From Candidatus Omnitrophota bacterium (GTDB lineage Bacteria; Omnitrophota; Gorgyraeia; Duberdicusellales; 4484-171): a DNA stretch of 64,000 nucleotides. A program made the position numbers and the translations under genes. A model generated the notes under the pieces. It saw nothing but the letters and a program-made list of their open reading frames with translations, had not been told where the DNA came from and made no database searches. Within the stretch, counting starts at the first letter, position 1; every line of letters begins with the position of its first letter. The stretch lies in the NCBI GenBank assembly GCA_043823745.1, contig JBDRAN010000005.1, positions 4,459-68,458 of the forward strand, in the 5' to 3' direction. Shown here one piece after another: positions 55,622 through 64,000 of the stretch.

Positions 55622-56548
55622 TTACGTCGATTGCTTCATATTCGCAGCAAGGCTATCGAGATCTTCCTTTTTCTCGACGTTGGTAACCTTAAGGACCGGA
55701 TTAATCTTTCGGATAAGCCCGCGCAGCACGCGTGAAGGGCCAACTTCGTAAAACGCGTTTACTCCGCGTTTAACCAGAAACTCAATACAATTCTTCCATA
55801 ATACCGGCGACGTAAGTTGTTCGGCAAGATTAAAACGTATCTCGCGACTACTCGTATGCGCGCGAGCCGTAAAATTACTTACCATGGGGATCTTCGCATC
55901 ATTAAAGGGGATACTTTCAAGAACTTTCTTAAGATGGTCTTTGGCTTGCGCCATAAACGGGGAGTGAAATCCTCCGCTCACCTCAAGCTCAACGGTGCGC
56001 GCGCCCATCTCAAGAAACATATTAAGAAGCCGGGTGCGGTCTTCCCGTTTCAAGGAAATAACCACCTGGCCGGGAGCATTGACGTTAGCAACATAAAAAT
56101 GCTCCTGGAGCGCTTTCTGCTCCAGGACCGCATGATCAAGGCCGAGCACCGCAAGCATTGTTGCCGGATGAGCACGAGCTGCCTCTTCCATCGCCTGCGC
56201 GCGTTCTTTCACCAGATAAACCAAGCTTTCCAAATCGAGCACGCCGGCGGGATATAAACACGTATATTCGCCAAGACTAAGCCCCGACACGTAAGAAATC
56301 TCGGGCATCTTTTCGCGGAAAACTTCATACGTAACCAGGGAAGTCGCCAGAATCGTCAGCTGTTGATAATAGGTGCTCTTTAAGTCCTCGTCACTTCCCG
56401 AAAAACACAATTCAGAGATTTTAATACCAAGCGCCTTATCAATGCGCTCAAAGAGCGCGCGCGCAACCGGGAATGCATCGTACATTTCCTTACCCATCCC
56501 CTTGTATTGAGCGCCTTGACCCGGAAACACAATCGCATTCATTGTCAT
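55622..56548 (-). CDS. fabD: malonyl CoA-ACP transacylase
   Basis: FPGQGAQYKGMG and GLSLGEY active-site motifs. The start is moved to MTMNAIVF. Confidence 0.9.
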   Translation of the reverse strand: MTMNAIVFPGQGAQYKGMGKEMYDAFPVARALFERIDKALGIKISELCFSGSDEDLKSTYYQQLTILATSLVTYEVFREKMPEISYVSGLSLGEYTCLYPAGVLDLESLVYLVKERAQAMEEAARAHPATMLAVLGLDHAVLEQKALQEHFYVANVNAPGQVVISLKREDRTRLLNMFLEMGARTVELEVSGGFHSPFMAQAKDHLKKVLESIPFNDAKIPMVSNFTARAHTSSREIRFNLAEQLTSPVLWKNCIEFLVKRGVNAFYEVGPSRVLRGLIRKINPVLKVTNVEKKEDLDSLAANMKQST

Positions 56549-56549
56549 A

Positions 56550-57530
56550 TCACACCCATTTAATAACGGTGCTGCCCCAGACAAGGCCTCCGCCAAAAGC
56601 GTCGAGCAGCACGATGTCGCCTTTCTTGACTCTCTTTTCCTCCCAGGCTTCGCAGAGCGCTACGGCGCTGGAAGCGCTGGACATGTTGCCGTAACGAGAA
56701 ATATTAATATACATACGTTCCTCATGAATATGCAGCCGCTTGGCAACCGCGCTGATAATGCGCTCATTTGCTTGATGCGGAATTAAAAGATCGATATCGC
56801 CGGTTTTAAGATGCGCTTTCGCGAGCGCTTTCTTTGCCGCCTCAACCATAACCCTGACCGCGATACGAAACAATTCATTACCCTGCATCTTAATATAATG
56901 CAACCGCCCGTCAATCGTCTCTTTTGACGTTGGATTTCGAGAGCCGCCGCCGGGTAGAATCAATAAATTCGCATTCGCGCCGTCAGCTCCCAGGTAAGAA
57001 CTCAAGAAACTCTTCTGCGCTCCAGCGGCTAATACGGCGGCGCCGGCGCCATCGCCGAACAAAACACACGTGGAACGATCGCGCCAATCGGTTATGGAAG
57101 AGAGCACCTCGCTCCCGACAACTAAAACGTTTTCATAGAGGCCGCCGGAAATAAATTGCCAGGCGGTCGTCAACGCGTACACAAAACCAGCGCAGGCAGC
57201 GGAAACATCAAGACAAGCCGCGTGGCGCGCTTTAAGGAGGTTCTGCAAGTAACAGGCTGAGGAAGGAAATTGTGTATCGGGGGTGATCGTCGCAACAATG
57301 ATAAGGTCGATATCGTTCGCTTTAAGGCCCGCGCGCTTTAAGGCGATGACGGATGCTTCATGCGCAAGATGAGAAACCCCAGTCCCTTTTTCGGCGATTC
57401 GACGCTCTTTAATACCCGTACGCGTGGTTATCCAGTCGTCCGAGGTATCGACCATTCTCTCCAGATCACTATTCGTTAAAACTTTCGGGGGTAAATATTT
57501 ACCCAAACCTACAATTTTAGGATATTTCAT
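56550..57530 (-). CDS. fabH: 3-oxoacyl-[ACP] synthase III
   Basis: IVGLGKYLP start and AACAGF active-site Cys. The start is moved to MKYPKIV. The longer version overlaps plsX. Confidence 0.9.
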   Translation of the reverse strand: MKYPKIVGLGKYLPPKVLTNSDLERMVDTSDDWITTRTGIKERRIAEKGTGVSHLAHEASVIALKRAGLKANDIDLIIVATITPDTQFPSSACYLQNLLKARHAACLDVSAACAGFVYALTTAWQFISGGLYENVLVVGSEVLSSITDWRDRSTCVLFGDGAGAAVLAAGAQKSFLSSYLGADGANANLLILPGGGSRNPTSKETIDGRLHYIKMQGNELFRIAVRVMVEAAKKALAKAHLKTGDIDLLIPHQANERIISAVAKRLHIHEERMYINISRYGNMSSASSAVALCEAWEEKRVKKGDIVLLDAFGGGLVWGSTVIKWV

Positions 57531-57553
57531 AGCATGCAAGCGATACCGGTTAT

Positions 57554-58594
57554 TTATGCCCCTAAAGCACCTAAGGTTTGCTGTACTTTGGGGCTGGAGC
57601 AAATTGCGTTGATGCTGGTTTTCATTTGCAGGTTAACATCGTGCGTTAGCTCCTGTATCGCAACACGAACTGCGTTTTTAACCGCCAGAGCGTTGGACCG
57701 GCCGTGCCCGATGATCACAATACCGTCAACGCCCAGAAGCATTGCGCCCCCATGTTCGGAATAGTCCATCAGACGCTTGACGCGCTTTAAGCTATTCATA
57801 ATTAAAAGAAGACCTATCTTACCGATAAAACCCTTCTTGATTTCATCAAGAAGAAATTTCCCCATCGTCTCGGCGACACCTTCGGAAACCTTAAGCGCAA
57901 CGTTACCGACGAAACCATCACACACGATACAATCGCAAAGCCCCGAAAAAATATCTTTCGCTTCAAGATTGCCGATAAAATTAACATTCGTTTCAGCAAA
58001 AAGCTTATGTACGCTGCGAATATATTCGGGACCTTTGGACTCTTCTTCTCCGATATTAAGAAGCCCGACCTTGGGATTGTTTTTCCCGAGCACCAGATTC
58101 GCATATACTGAAGCCATGATCCCGTATTGGAACAAATGAATCGGTTTAGGGTCAATATTAGCTCCCACGTCAACGATCATCGAGATTCCCTTCTTCGTAG
58201 GAATTACCAGGCCTATCCCGGGCCGCTCCACGCCTTCCATAAGGCCTACCTGCAACGTCGCACCGCAGACTGCGGCTCCGGTATTGCCGCAGGAAACAAA
58301 AGCATCGATCTTCTTATCCCTCAACATCTTCATGCCGATCGTAATCGAAGAATTCCTCTTTTTGCGGATGCTTGTTGCCGGAGACTCTCCCATCCCGATT
58401 TTTTCGGGAGCATCAACAATCGTAAAACGGCCGGCGTCAACGTTGTGCTTACGTATTTGCTCTTCAATCTCGGACTGAACGCCAATAAGTACGATGTCGT
58501 CTTTAAACTGCTTTCGCGCCAGGAGCGCTCCCTTAAAAATTTCCTCAGGGGCGTGATCTCCGCCGGAAATATCAAGCCCTATCTTATATTTCAT
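57554..58594 (-). CDS. plsX: phosphate acyltransferase
   Basis: KIGLDISGGDHAP start and the PlsX family pattern. Confidence 0.95.
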   Translation of the reverse strand: MKYKIGLDISGGDHAPEEIFKGALLARKQFKDDIVLIGVQSEIEEQIRKHNVDAGRFTIVDAPEKIGMGESPATSIRKKRNSSITIGMKMLRDKKIDAFVSCGNTGAAVCGATLQVGLMEGVERPGIGLVIPTKKGISMIVDVGANIDPKPIHLFQYGIMASVYANLVLGKNNPKVGLLNIGEEESKGPEYIRSVHKLFAETNVNFIGNLEAKDIFSGLCDCIVCDGFVGNVALKVSEGVAETMGKFLLDEIKKGFIGKIGLLLIMNSLKRVKRLMDYSEHGGAMLLGVDGIVIIGHGRSNALAVKNAVRVAIQELTHDVNLQMKTSINAICSSPKVQQTLGALGA

Positions 58595-58791
58595 CGTTTC
58601 CTTTTTTTCTCTTTAAGCTCAATTTTGACTACTTCCCGGCCTGCATAGTACCCGCAGAACGGACAAACCACATGCGTGAGTTTCATCTTCCGGCATTGCG
58701 TACACTCAACGAGAGCCGGAATCGATAACCTTTGATGCGTTTGTTTCTTTTTCTTTCGTGAAGGCGAGTGTCGCCGTTTTGGATGTGCCAT
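58591..58791 (-). CDS. rpmF: 50S ribosomal protein L32
   Basis: MAHPKRRHSPSRKKKK N-terminus and a Cys4 zinc ribbon. Confidence 0.9.
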   Translation of the reverse strand: MAHPKRRHSPSRKKKKQTHQRLSIPALVECTQCRKMKLTHVVCPFCGYYAGREVVKIELKEKKRKR

Positions 58792-58886
58792 ACGTAACCT
58801 CCGATTATTTCCTTCTTTCCTTTATTGTTTTATTTCCTCTTCTGCCTGTATCCTGATAGGGAATAGGTAGTTACCGGGGAATGGTA

Positions 58887-59324
58887 CTATTGTTCTTTTT
58901 TACGCGTTCCTGCATCGCGAGCGCATACGCACTGCTGGTGATTTAAATTGACGCCGCAGCCGGCGCACAACCCCTTACATTCTTCCTGACAGAGCACGTG
59001 CATAGGAAAATTAAGCACCAGCTCTTGCCGGATATCGCTATCCATCTCGAGAAATTCACCGAGCGTGGTGCTGTCGTAAGTAAACTGAAATTTCAGGCTT
59101 TCTGACCGCGGCACCTCATCGAGGCAACGGCCGCAAGTTACTATCATACGGGTTACAACTGCCGCGTCAACAACAATTTCTTTTCCGAAGCGCACAAACG
59201 TACAGGCAAGCTCAATCGTGTCGATAAACTTGATTTCAGAGCTATCCAGATCCCACTGAACCGCGGGAATTGTTTCTTCAGCCTTAAATTCTTTATCGGT
59301 TATTTTTTCTACCGCAACTCGCAT
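58887..59324 (-). CDS. YceD/DUF177-family protein (23S rRNA accumulation protein)
   Basis: C-terminal Cys cluster CxxC...CxxC (CQEECKGLCAGCG) and conserved synteny upstream of rpmF-plsX. Confidence 0.8.
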   Translation of the reverse strand: MRVAVEKITDKEFKAEETIPAVQWDLDSSEIKFIDTIELACTFVRFGKEIVVDAAVVTRMIVTCGRCLDEVPRSESLKFQFTYDSTTLGEFLEMDSDIRQELVLNFPMHVLCQEECKGLCAGCGVNLNHQQCVCARDAGTRKKEQ

Positions 59325-59796
59325 TGATTTTATTCCGTAATGCCCGCGCTACGCTGCCGGGCAAGAACTGCTTCAGGTTCGCTCCAAGCGAAGCTGCTTC
59401 TTTGATGAGGCGGGAGGAAATATATGAATATTGAGGATGCGGCATAAGGAAAATGGTCTCAACGGTGCTGGCAAGATTACGGTTGGTAAGGGCCATCTGA
59501 AACTCATATTCAAAGTCAGAGATCATGCGCAAACCACGCACGATAACACGTACCCCTTTCTTGCGGGCATAGTCCACGACCAAGCCGTCAAATCCCTCTA
59601 CGGTAATACCCGCTATCCCCCGTAAGGCACCCTTCACTAAGCCGAGGCGCTCCTTGTAATTAAAAAGGGGATTTTTTGAGGGGTTTTTCACGACCGCAAC
59701 GGTTACCGCGCCAAAGATAAGCACAGCGCGCTTGATAATATCGATGTGGCCGTTCGTAATGGGGTCAAAGGTACCTGGACAAATCGCTCGTTTCAT
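59293..59796 (-). CDS. coaD: phosphopantetheine adenylyltransferase
   Basis: AICPGTFDPITNGHIDII motif. Confidence 0.95.
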   Translation of the reverse strand: MKRAICPGTFDPITNGHIDIIKRAVLIFGAVTVAVVKNPSKNPLFNYKERLGLVKGALRGIAGITVEGFDGLVVDYARKKGVRVIVRGLRMISDFEYEFQMALTNRNLASTVETIFLMPHPQYSYISSRLIKEAASLGANLKQFLPGSVARALRNKINASCGRKNNR

Positions 59797-60337
59797 TCTT
59801 CCTGTATATTAAAAGCAACGTCTGGCCGTATTGCTTACGGGTAATCAGAGAAAAAGCCTTGCTCTCCTTAAGAAAATCGTCTTTATAGTAACAAAACCCT
59901 ACCAGATAACCAAAGGGGGTTACTATATCATACTCCTCCAGGCTTTGCAAGATTTTTCTCAAAAGCCCTTGATAGTACGGGGGATCAAGAAAAATAAGGT
60001 CAAAATGCTGACCTGCCGCGGCAAAATCCTTTACTGCGCTTGCCGCATCCTTTATAAACACGCTCGCCTGGCCGATGATTGAAAGGATCTTAAGATTGCG
60101 CCGCAGGGCTTCAATGGAAGGCCTTTGCACGTCCACAAATACGGCGGATTGCGCTCCTGACGATAACGCTTCAATGCCCAGGGCACCGCTTCCTGCGAAA
60201 AGATCAAGCACCCGTCTGCCGGATACCTCCTGACTTAAAATATCAAAGCAGGCCTTCCTAACAAGAACGGACACCGGCCGGATATCACGCGGCGCAACCA
60301 GATTCCTACCCTTGTATTCTCCTCGAAGGATCCTCAT
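59765..60337 (-). CDS. rsmD: 16S rRNA (guanine966-N2)-methyltransferase
   Basis: VLDLFAGSGALGIEALSSGA SAM motif and DPPY motif. Confidence 0.9.
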   Translation of the reverse strand: MRILRGEYKGRNLVAPRDIRPVSVLVRKACFDILSQEVSGRRVLDLFAGSGALGIEALSSGAQSAVFVDVQRPSIEALRRNLKILSIIGQASVFIKDAASAVKDFAAAGQHFDLIFLDPPYYQGLLRKILQSLEEYDIVTPFGYLVGFCYYKDDFLKESKAFSLITRKQYGQTLLLIYRKNETSDLSRYL

Positions 60338-60621
60338 AATAGTATATACGACTGCCCGCTCAACTCTACTCGGGATATTCTGAACGTTATACGTCTAACG
60401 GTTGCGCAACTCGTTACGTCATTGACACAAAAGGTTGCGTCAAAAAATGCCTTAAAAATAAAGCTGGTTGACGCTTAGCATAACCCCTGTCTGCGACAGA
60501 CAAAAACACGAGCCTCGCAACCCCAACCGATAGACGTAGCTCGATACAAGCTATTGTAAAAACAAAGGGCGTGACCCCTATGTTGTACCAATATCATGGC
60601 AAGCGTTAGGATGACTCTCAA

Positions 60622-62706
60622 TTAATGCCTGCTTTTTAAAGCCTCTTCTTCCTGCTGGGCTTTAAACCAAAAATCAAGATGTTCGCGTATCATCCGGTGC
60701 CCCGCTTCGCGTAAATCCGGATCACGCTTTATTATGTTGTAAGCATTGACGCGCGCGGCGGCAAGCAATTCCATATCCCGTAAGGGATTGGCAATTTTAA
60801 GTGCCGGGAGGCCATGCTGGAGCTGCCCAAAGAAATCACCCGGCCCGCGTAGCTTTAGGTCCTCCTCGGCAATGACAAAACCGTCGCTGGTCTTCACGAT
60901 AATCGAGAGGCGCGTCTCTATTTCTTCAGACAGTTGGTCCGCGCTGATCAGAATAAAATACGGCTTGAAACTCGAGCGCCTGATCCTGCCGCGTAATTGG
61001 TGTAACTGAGCAAGGCCGAAACGTTCGGGGTTCTCGACAATCATCACGGTAGCATTTTCCACGTTGACGCCGACCTCGACCACGGTCGTAGAAACTAACA
61101 TATCAATTTTTTTTGCGCGAAAACGTTCGATGACCGCAAGTTTCTCTTCTGCTTTCAGACGGCCATGGAACATACCCAGACGATACGAAGAAAATTTCTT
61201 CTTAAGTTTGACAAACATCTCTTCAAGTGATTTCACCTCATCAAGCTCACTTTCCTCGATCACCGGATAAATAATATAAGCCTGTCTTCCTTCGGCGAGC
61301 CTGCTCGCTAAAAACGCATACATCCAGGAACGTTTTTTCTCGCGCAACCAGAGCGTCTCGGGGCTTTGCCGCGCCTGAGGAAGAGCATCGATCACCGAAA
61401 GGTCAAGGTCACCATACAGCGAAAGCGCCAGGCTGCGGGGAATCGGCGTTGCGCTCATAACAAGATAATGCGGATTTTTTCCTTTTTGGGGAAGCATCGC
61501 CCGCTGGGCGACGCCGAACTTATGCTGTTCGTCAATAACGACAAGGCCAAGTTTAGAAAACCTGACTTCTTCCTGAATAAGCGCGTGCGTTCCCACCACA
61601 ATACTAATCGCCCCGCTCTTTATTCCAGCCTGAACCTCGGCAATGCGCGTATTTTTAAGCGAAGAAACAAGCAACCCGGCCCGATAGGGCATACCTTTAA
61701 AAATCTCTGAAAGCGTTTGGACATGCTGATAGGCAAGCACCTCAGTCGGCACCATGAAAGCAGCCTGAAACCCCGCGTCCACGCACGCAGCGAGCGCAAA
61801 TGCCGCAACCACGGTTTTACCTGAACCGACATCACCCTGCAGGAGCCTGTGCATAGGATATGGCTTTGCCAGGTCCGCGAAGATCTGGGTAAGAACCGTA
61901 TCCTGAGCAGCCGTTAACGTAAACGGGAAATTCCTTTTGATCTGCACAAAGGACCGGGGCGCAAGCTTAAGCACAGCTGCCTCCTGCATCCGCGTTTTTG
62001 CCTTGCGTAGATACACAAGGATTTGTGAAAAAAACAACTCCTCAAAAATAAAACGCTCGCGGGCACGCTCGGCATCGGCAAGGGCCCCCGGAAAATGAAT
62101 CGCCTCAAGGCTCTGGGCAATATTGGAAAGATTACGCTCCCGGCGAATGTCAAACGGCAAAGGGTCGGCCACCTTTGTTTTGTATTGGCCAAGGACGTCA
62201 AAGATGATTTTACGCAAAAACTTCTGCGTTAGGGGTGGGCTTGTGTGATACACCCCTACGATGCGCCCGATATTAAGCGAACCTTCACCTTCTTCGATCA
62301 TCTCAAATTCAGGCGCGATAAATTTTAGATTTCCGTCGTAACGACGGGGTTTTCCGTAAATGATAAGCTCGCTATCCGCCTTGATGATATCCGCAAGATA
62401 GCCCTGGTTAAACCAGGTGCAACGTATCGTGGCGCTGGCGTCACTGACTGCAATTTCGTATATGTTTTTCACACGCGAGCGCCTGAAGTAAGGCATTTTT
62501 TTAAGATGCCGCGCCATAACGCGTGCCCTGATAACCGCGTACTCTCCTTCGATAAGGTCCTTGATTGTTTTAAAATTCGTTCTATCTTCATATCGGAACG
62601 GGTAATAACGCAAGAAGTCAGCCGGACCATTAATACCCAGACGCTTGAACACTTCTTCTTTTCTTGGCCCAACGCCTTTTAAATAACGTAATGATTGAAC
62701 TTCCAT
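60622..62706 (-). CDS. recG: ATP-dependent DNA helicase RecG
   Basis: N-terminal wedge domain, Walker A GDVGSGKT, DEQHKFG, and helicase C motifs. Confidence 0.9.
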   Translation of the reverse strand: MEVQSLRYLKGVGPRKEEVFKRLGINGPADFLRYYPFRYEDRTNFKTIKDLIEGEYAVIRARVMARHLKKMPYFRRSRVKNIYEIAVSDASATIRCTWFNQGYLADIIKADSELIIYGKPRRYDGNLKFIAPEFEMIEEGEGSLNIGRIVGVYHTSPPLTQKFLRKIIFDVLGQYKTKVADPLPFDIRRERNLSNIAQSLEAIHFPGALADAERARERFIFEELFFSQILVYLRKAKTRMQEAAVLKLAPRSFVQIKRNFPFTLTAAQDTVLTQIFADLAKPYPMHRLLQGDVGSGKTVVAAFALAACVDAGFQAAFMVPTEVLAYQHVQTLSEIFKGMPYRAGLLVSSLKNTRIAEVQAGIKSGAISIVVGTHALIQEEVRFSKLGLVVIDEQHKFGVAQRAMLPQKGKNPHYLVMSATPIPRSLALSLYGDLDLSVIDALPQARQSPETLWLREKKRSWMYAFLASRLAEGRQAYIIYPVIEESELDEVKSLEEMFVKLKKKFSSYRLGMFHGRLKAEEKLAVIERFRAKKIDMLVSTTVVEVGVNVENATVMIVENPERFGLAQLHQLRGRIRRSSFKPYFILISADQLSEEIETRLSIIVKTSDGFVIAEEDLKLRGPGDFFGQLQHGLPALKIANPLRDMELLAAARVNAYNIIKRDPDLREAGHRMIREHLDFWFKAQQEEEALKSRH

Positions 62707-62782
62707 GGTATGTCTTTAATATTTATTTTAGCTCTTAAGCTGATGAGCTCATGAGCTGACGAGCTTCTACTATTTGCTATCT

Positions 62783-63796
62783 CTATATGTTTGTCTTTAT
62801 CGTGGTGCCGTTCACCTCAAAGATCTCACCCAAGAATTGTTCACAAACCCAAATGTTGGTCAGTATGTGCTCGCTTATTGCCGATGTTGTGATCTGGCCG
62901 CCGACAAAGGCAAGATAAGGTATAAGATTGTCCGCGGCGTGAACGTCGCAACAGGCAGTGCTCTGGAACGTAGCCAGCAACGCGACTGCGGCATCTTTGC
63001 CGACATCCTCTGCTTTTTTTGAAATCTCGCCCAACCCGTCAGCCCACAGCCGGCTTCCATCAACAAAAGTAGCGCACAATTGGATTTCCGAACCAACGGA
63101 AAGTGTATCGCAATAATGCTCCTCCTCTTCCAGGATAAGCGGGACTTTCATATTATCTTTTAAAAAATCACTGGCAGCAAGCGATTGGCGCTCGGCAACC
63201 CTGCGATCTTTAAGTGTTTCGGAAGCAAAACTTGTAATTTTTATCTCTTCAAGAGCTTGACGCTCAAGCAGCTCAATACGGGTAAGTGCGAATTTCTTAA
63301 ACGACACCGAGACGCTGCCTCCTCCTTGCGGGTAGTAACCGCGGCGGGTAACCTGCACGTCGGCTTTTATAGAGGCAAACGGAAAGATTATCTGCGGATA
63401 AAATTCAACGGGCGGCGCCCATTTTCCGGCTGTACCTCCATGTATCTGGAGCGTTATCGGCGCATGAAGAAAACAGAGCGCCGGCGCAAGTGCCTGTATG
63501 ATCAAACCGATAGATGCCGCGGTCTTGCCGGCGATAACGACGTGTTCGCAGGTTACCTCCTGGCGCGGATAAAAGATAATCTGGCAAGAGCCAAGCCTGT
63601 CACCTTCGCAGGTTGCGCCAAAAATATTCTTAAACGCCTCGATGCCGCGCAGGTGCTGTTCGGCAAGGCCGGGATTTTTTCGGGCTTTACGGATATTGGT
63701 GATCATAACCGGTTGGCTGAGAATCGTTGAAAGCGCCAGCGTTGTCCGTACGATTTGCCCCCCGCCCTCACCGTAACTGCCGTCAATGGTAAGCAT
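62783..63796 (-). CDS. rtcA: RNA 3'-terminal phosphate cyclase
   Basis: LTIDGSYGEGGGQIVRTTLALS start and an RtcA-family adenylation His region. Confidence 0.9.
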   Translation of the reverse strand: MLTIDGSYGEGGGQIVRTTLALSTILSQPVMITNIRKARKNPGLAEQHLRGIEAFKNIFGATCEGDRLGSCQIIFYPRQEVTCEHVVIAGKTAASIGLIIQALAPALCFLHAPITLQIHGGTAGKWAPPVEFYPQIIFPFASIKADVQVTRRGYYPQGGGSVSVSFKKFALTRIELLERQALEEIKITSFASETLKDRRVAERQSLAASDFLKDNMKVPLILEEEEHYCDTLSVGSEIQLCATFVDGSRLWADGLGEISKKAEDVGKDAAVALLATFQSTACCDVHAADNLIPYLAFVGGQITTSAISEHILTNIWVCEQFLGEIFEVNGTTIKTNI

Positions 63797-64000
63797 AATA
63801 AAATATATTGTAATCGATATTGCTTATTTGGCGAGAGTTTTTTGCAGCATCATGAGCATATTCAACAAAACCCGCACCCAGAGGCTACGTTGGCGATAAC
63901 CGGTTTACACGAGCTTCTATCGCTATCGAAAATGACTACTAGCATATCTCCTTAAAAAATCCGAGCAGCGCCTCCCAGGATCTCTTGTCAGCTTTTTCGT

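Noticed and set aside
60338-60621. 285-bp recG-rsmD spacer as possible ncRNA or promoter region
   Set aside because: It contains a short palindrome (GTCTGCGACAGAC) and TTGACA-like hexamers, but nothing with convincing promoter spacing or conserved RNA structure. It is not callable from sequence alone.

Overview
This is a gene-dense bacterial chromosomal segment of about 50% GC, with nearly all genes on the minus strand. A lipid A LpxL-like acyltransferase indicates a diderm cell envelope.

Left third: a partial large protein at the window edge, HAD hydrolase, patatin-like lipase, glutamate-synthase-like FMN protein, PilZ protein, an NfnAB/SudAB-type oxidoreductase pair (GltD-like plus FAD/Fe-S subunit), pcm, envelope lipid genes (GT2, LpxL-like acyltransferase, GT28 MGDG-synthase-like), then a c-di-GMP signalling cluster: two HD-GYP proteins, a stand-alone receiver and a 641-aa helical protein.

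Centre: a complete division/cell-wall cluster mraZ-rsmH-ftsL-ftsI-murE-murF-mraY-murD-ftsW-murG-[secreted zincin-like peptidase]-murC-murB-ddl-ftsQ-ftsA(divergent). It ends without ftsZ. This is followed by ribF-truB-nrnA-rbfA, a CCA/PcnB-family nucleotidyltransferase, xerD, an MBL hydrolase, a lipoprotein and truA.

At 43.0-47.9 kb lies the only plus-strand block. It is an AT-rich accessory island that I read as an integron-type gene-cassette array. It has four well-formed 75-77 bp attC-like sites with RYYYAAC...GTTRRRY boundaries and compensatory changes in their stems, and at least five cassettes encoding small membrane or secreted proteins of unknown function. No integrase is adjacent, so it is CALIN-like. 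An FkbM methyltransferase follows.

Right third: asd, an unknown gene with a 315-nt structured leader, leuC-leuD-(small ORF)-leuB, fabF-acpP-fabG-fabD-fabH-plsX-rpmF-yceD, coaD, rsmD, recG and rtcA.

I recognised no rRNA, tRNA or CRISPR. Most plus-strand ORFs in the supplied track are antisense shadows of conserved minus-strand genes.
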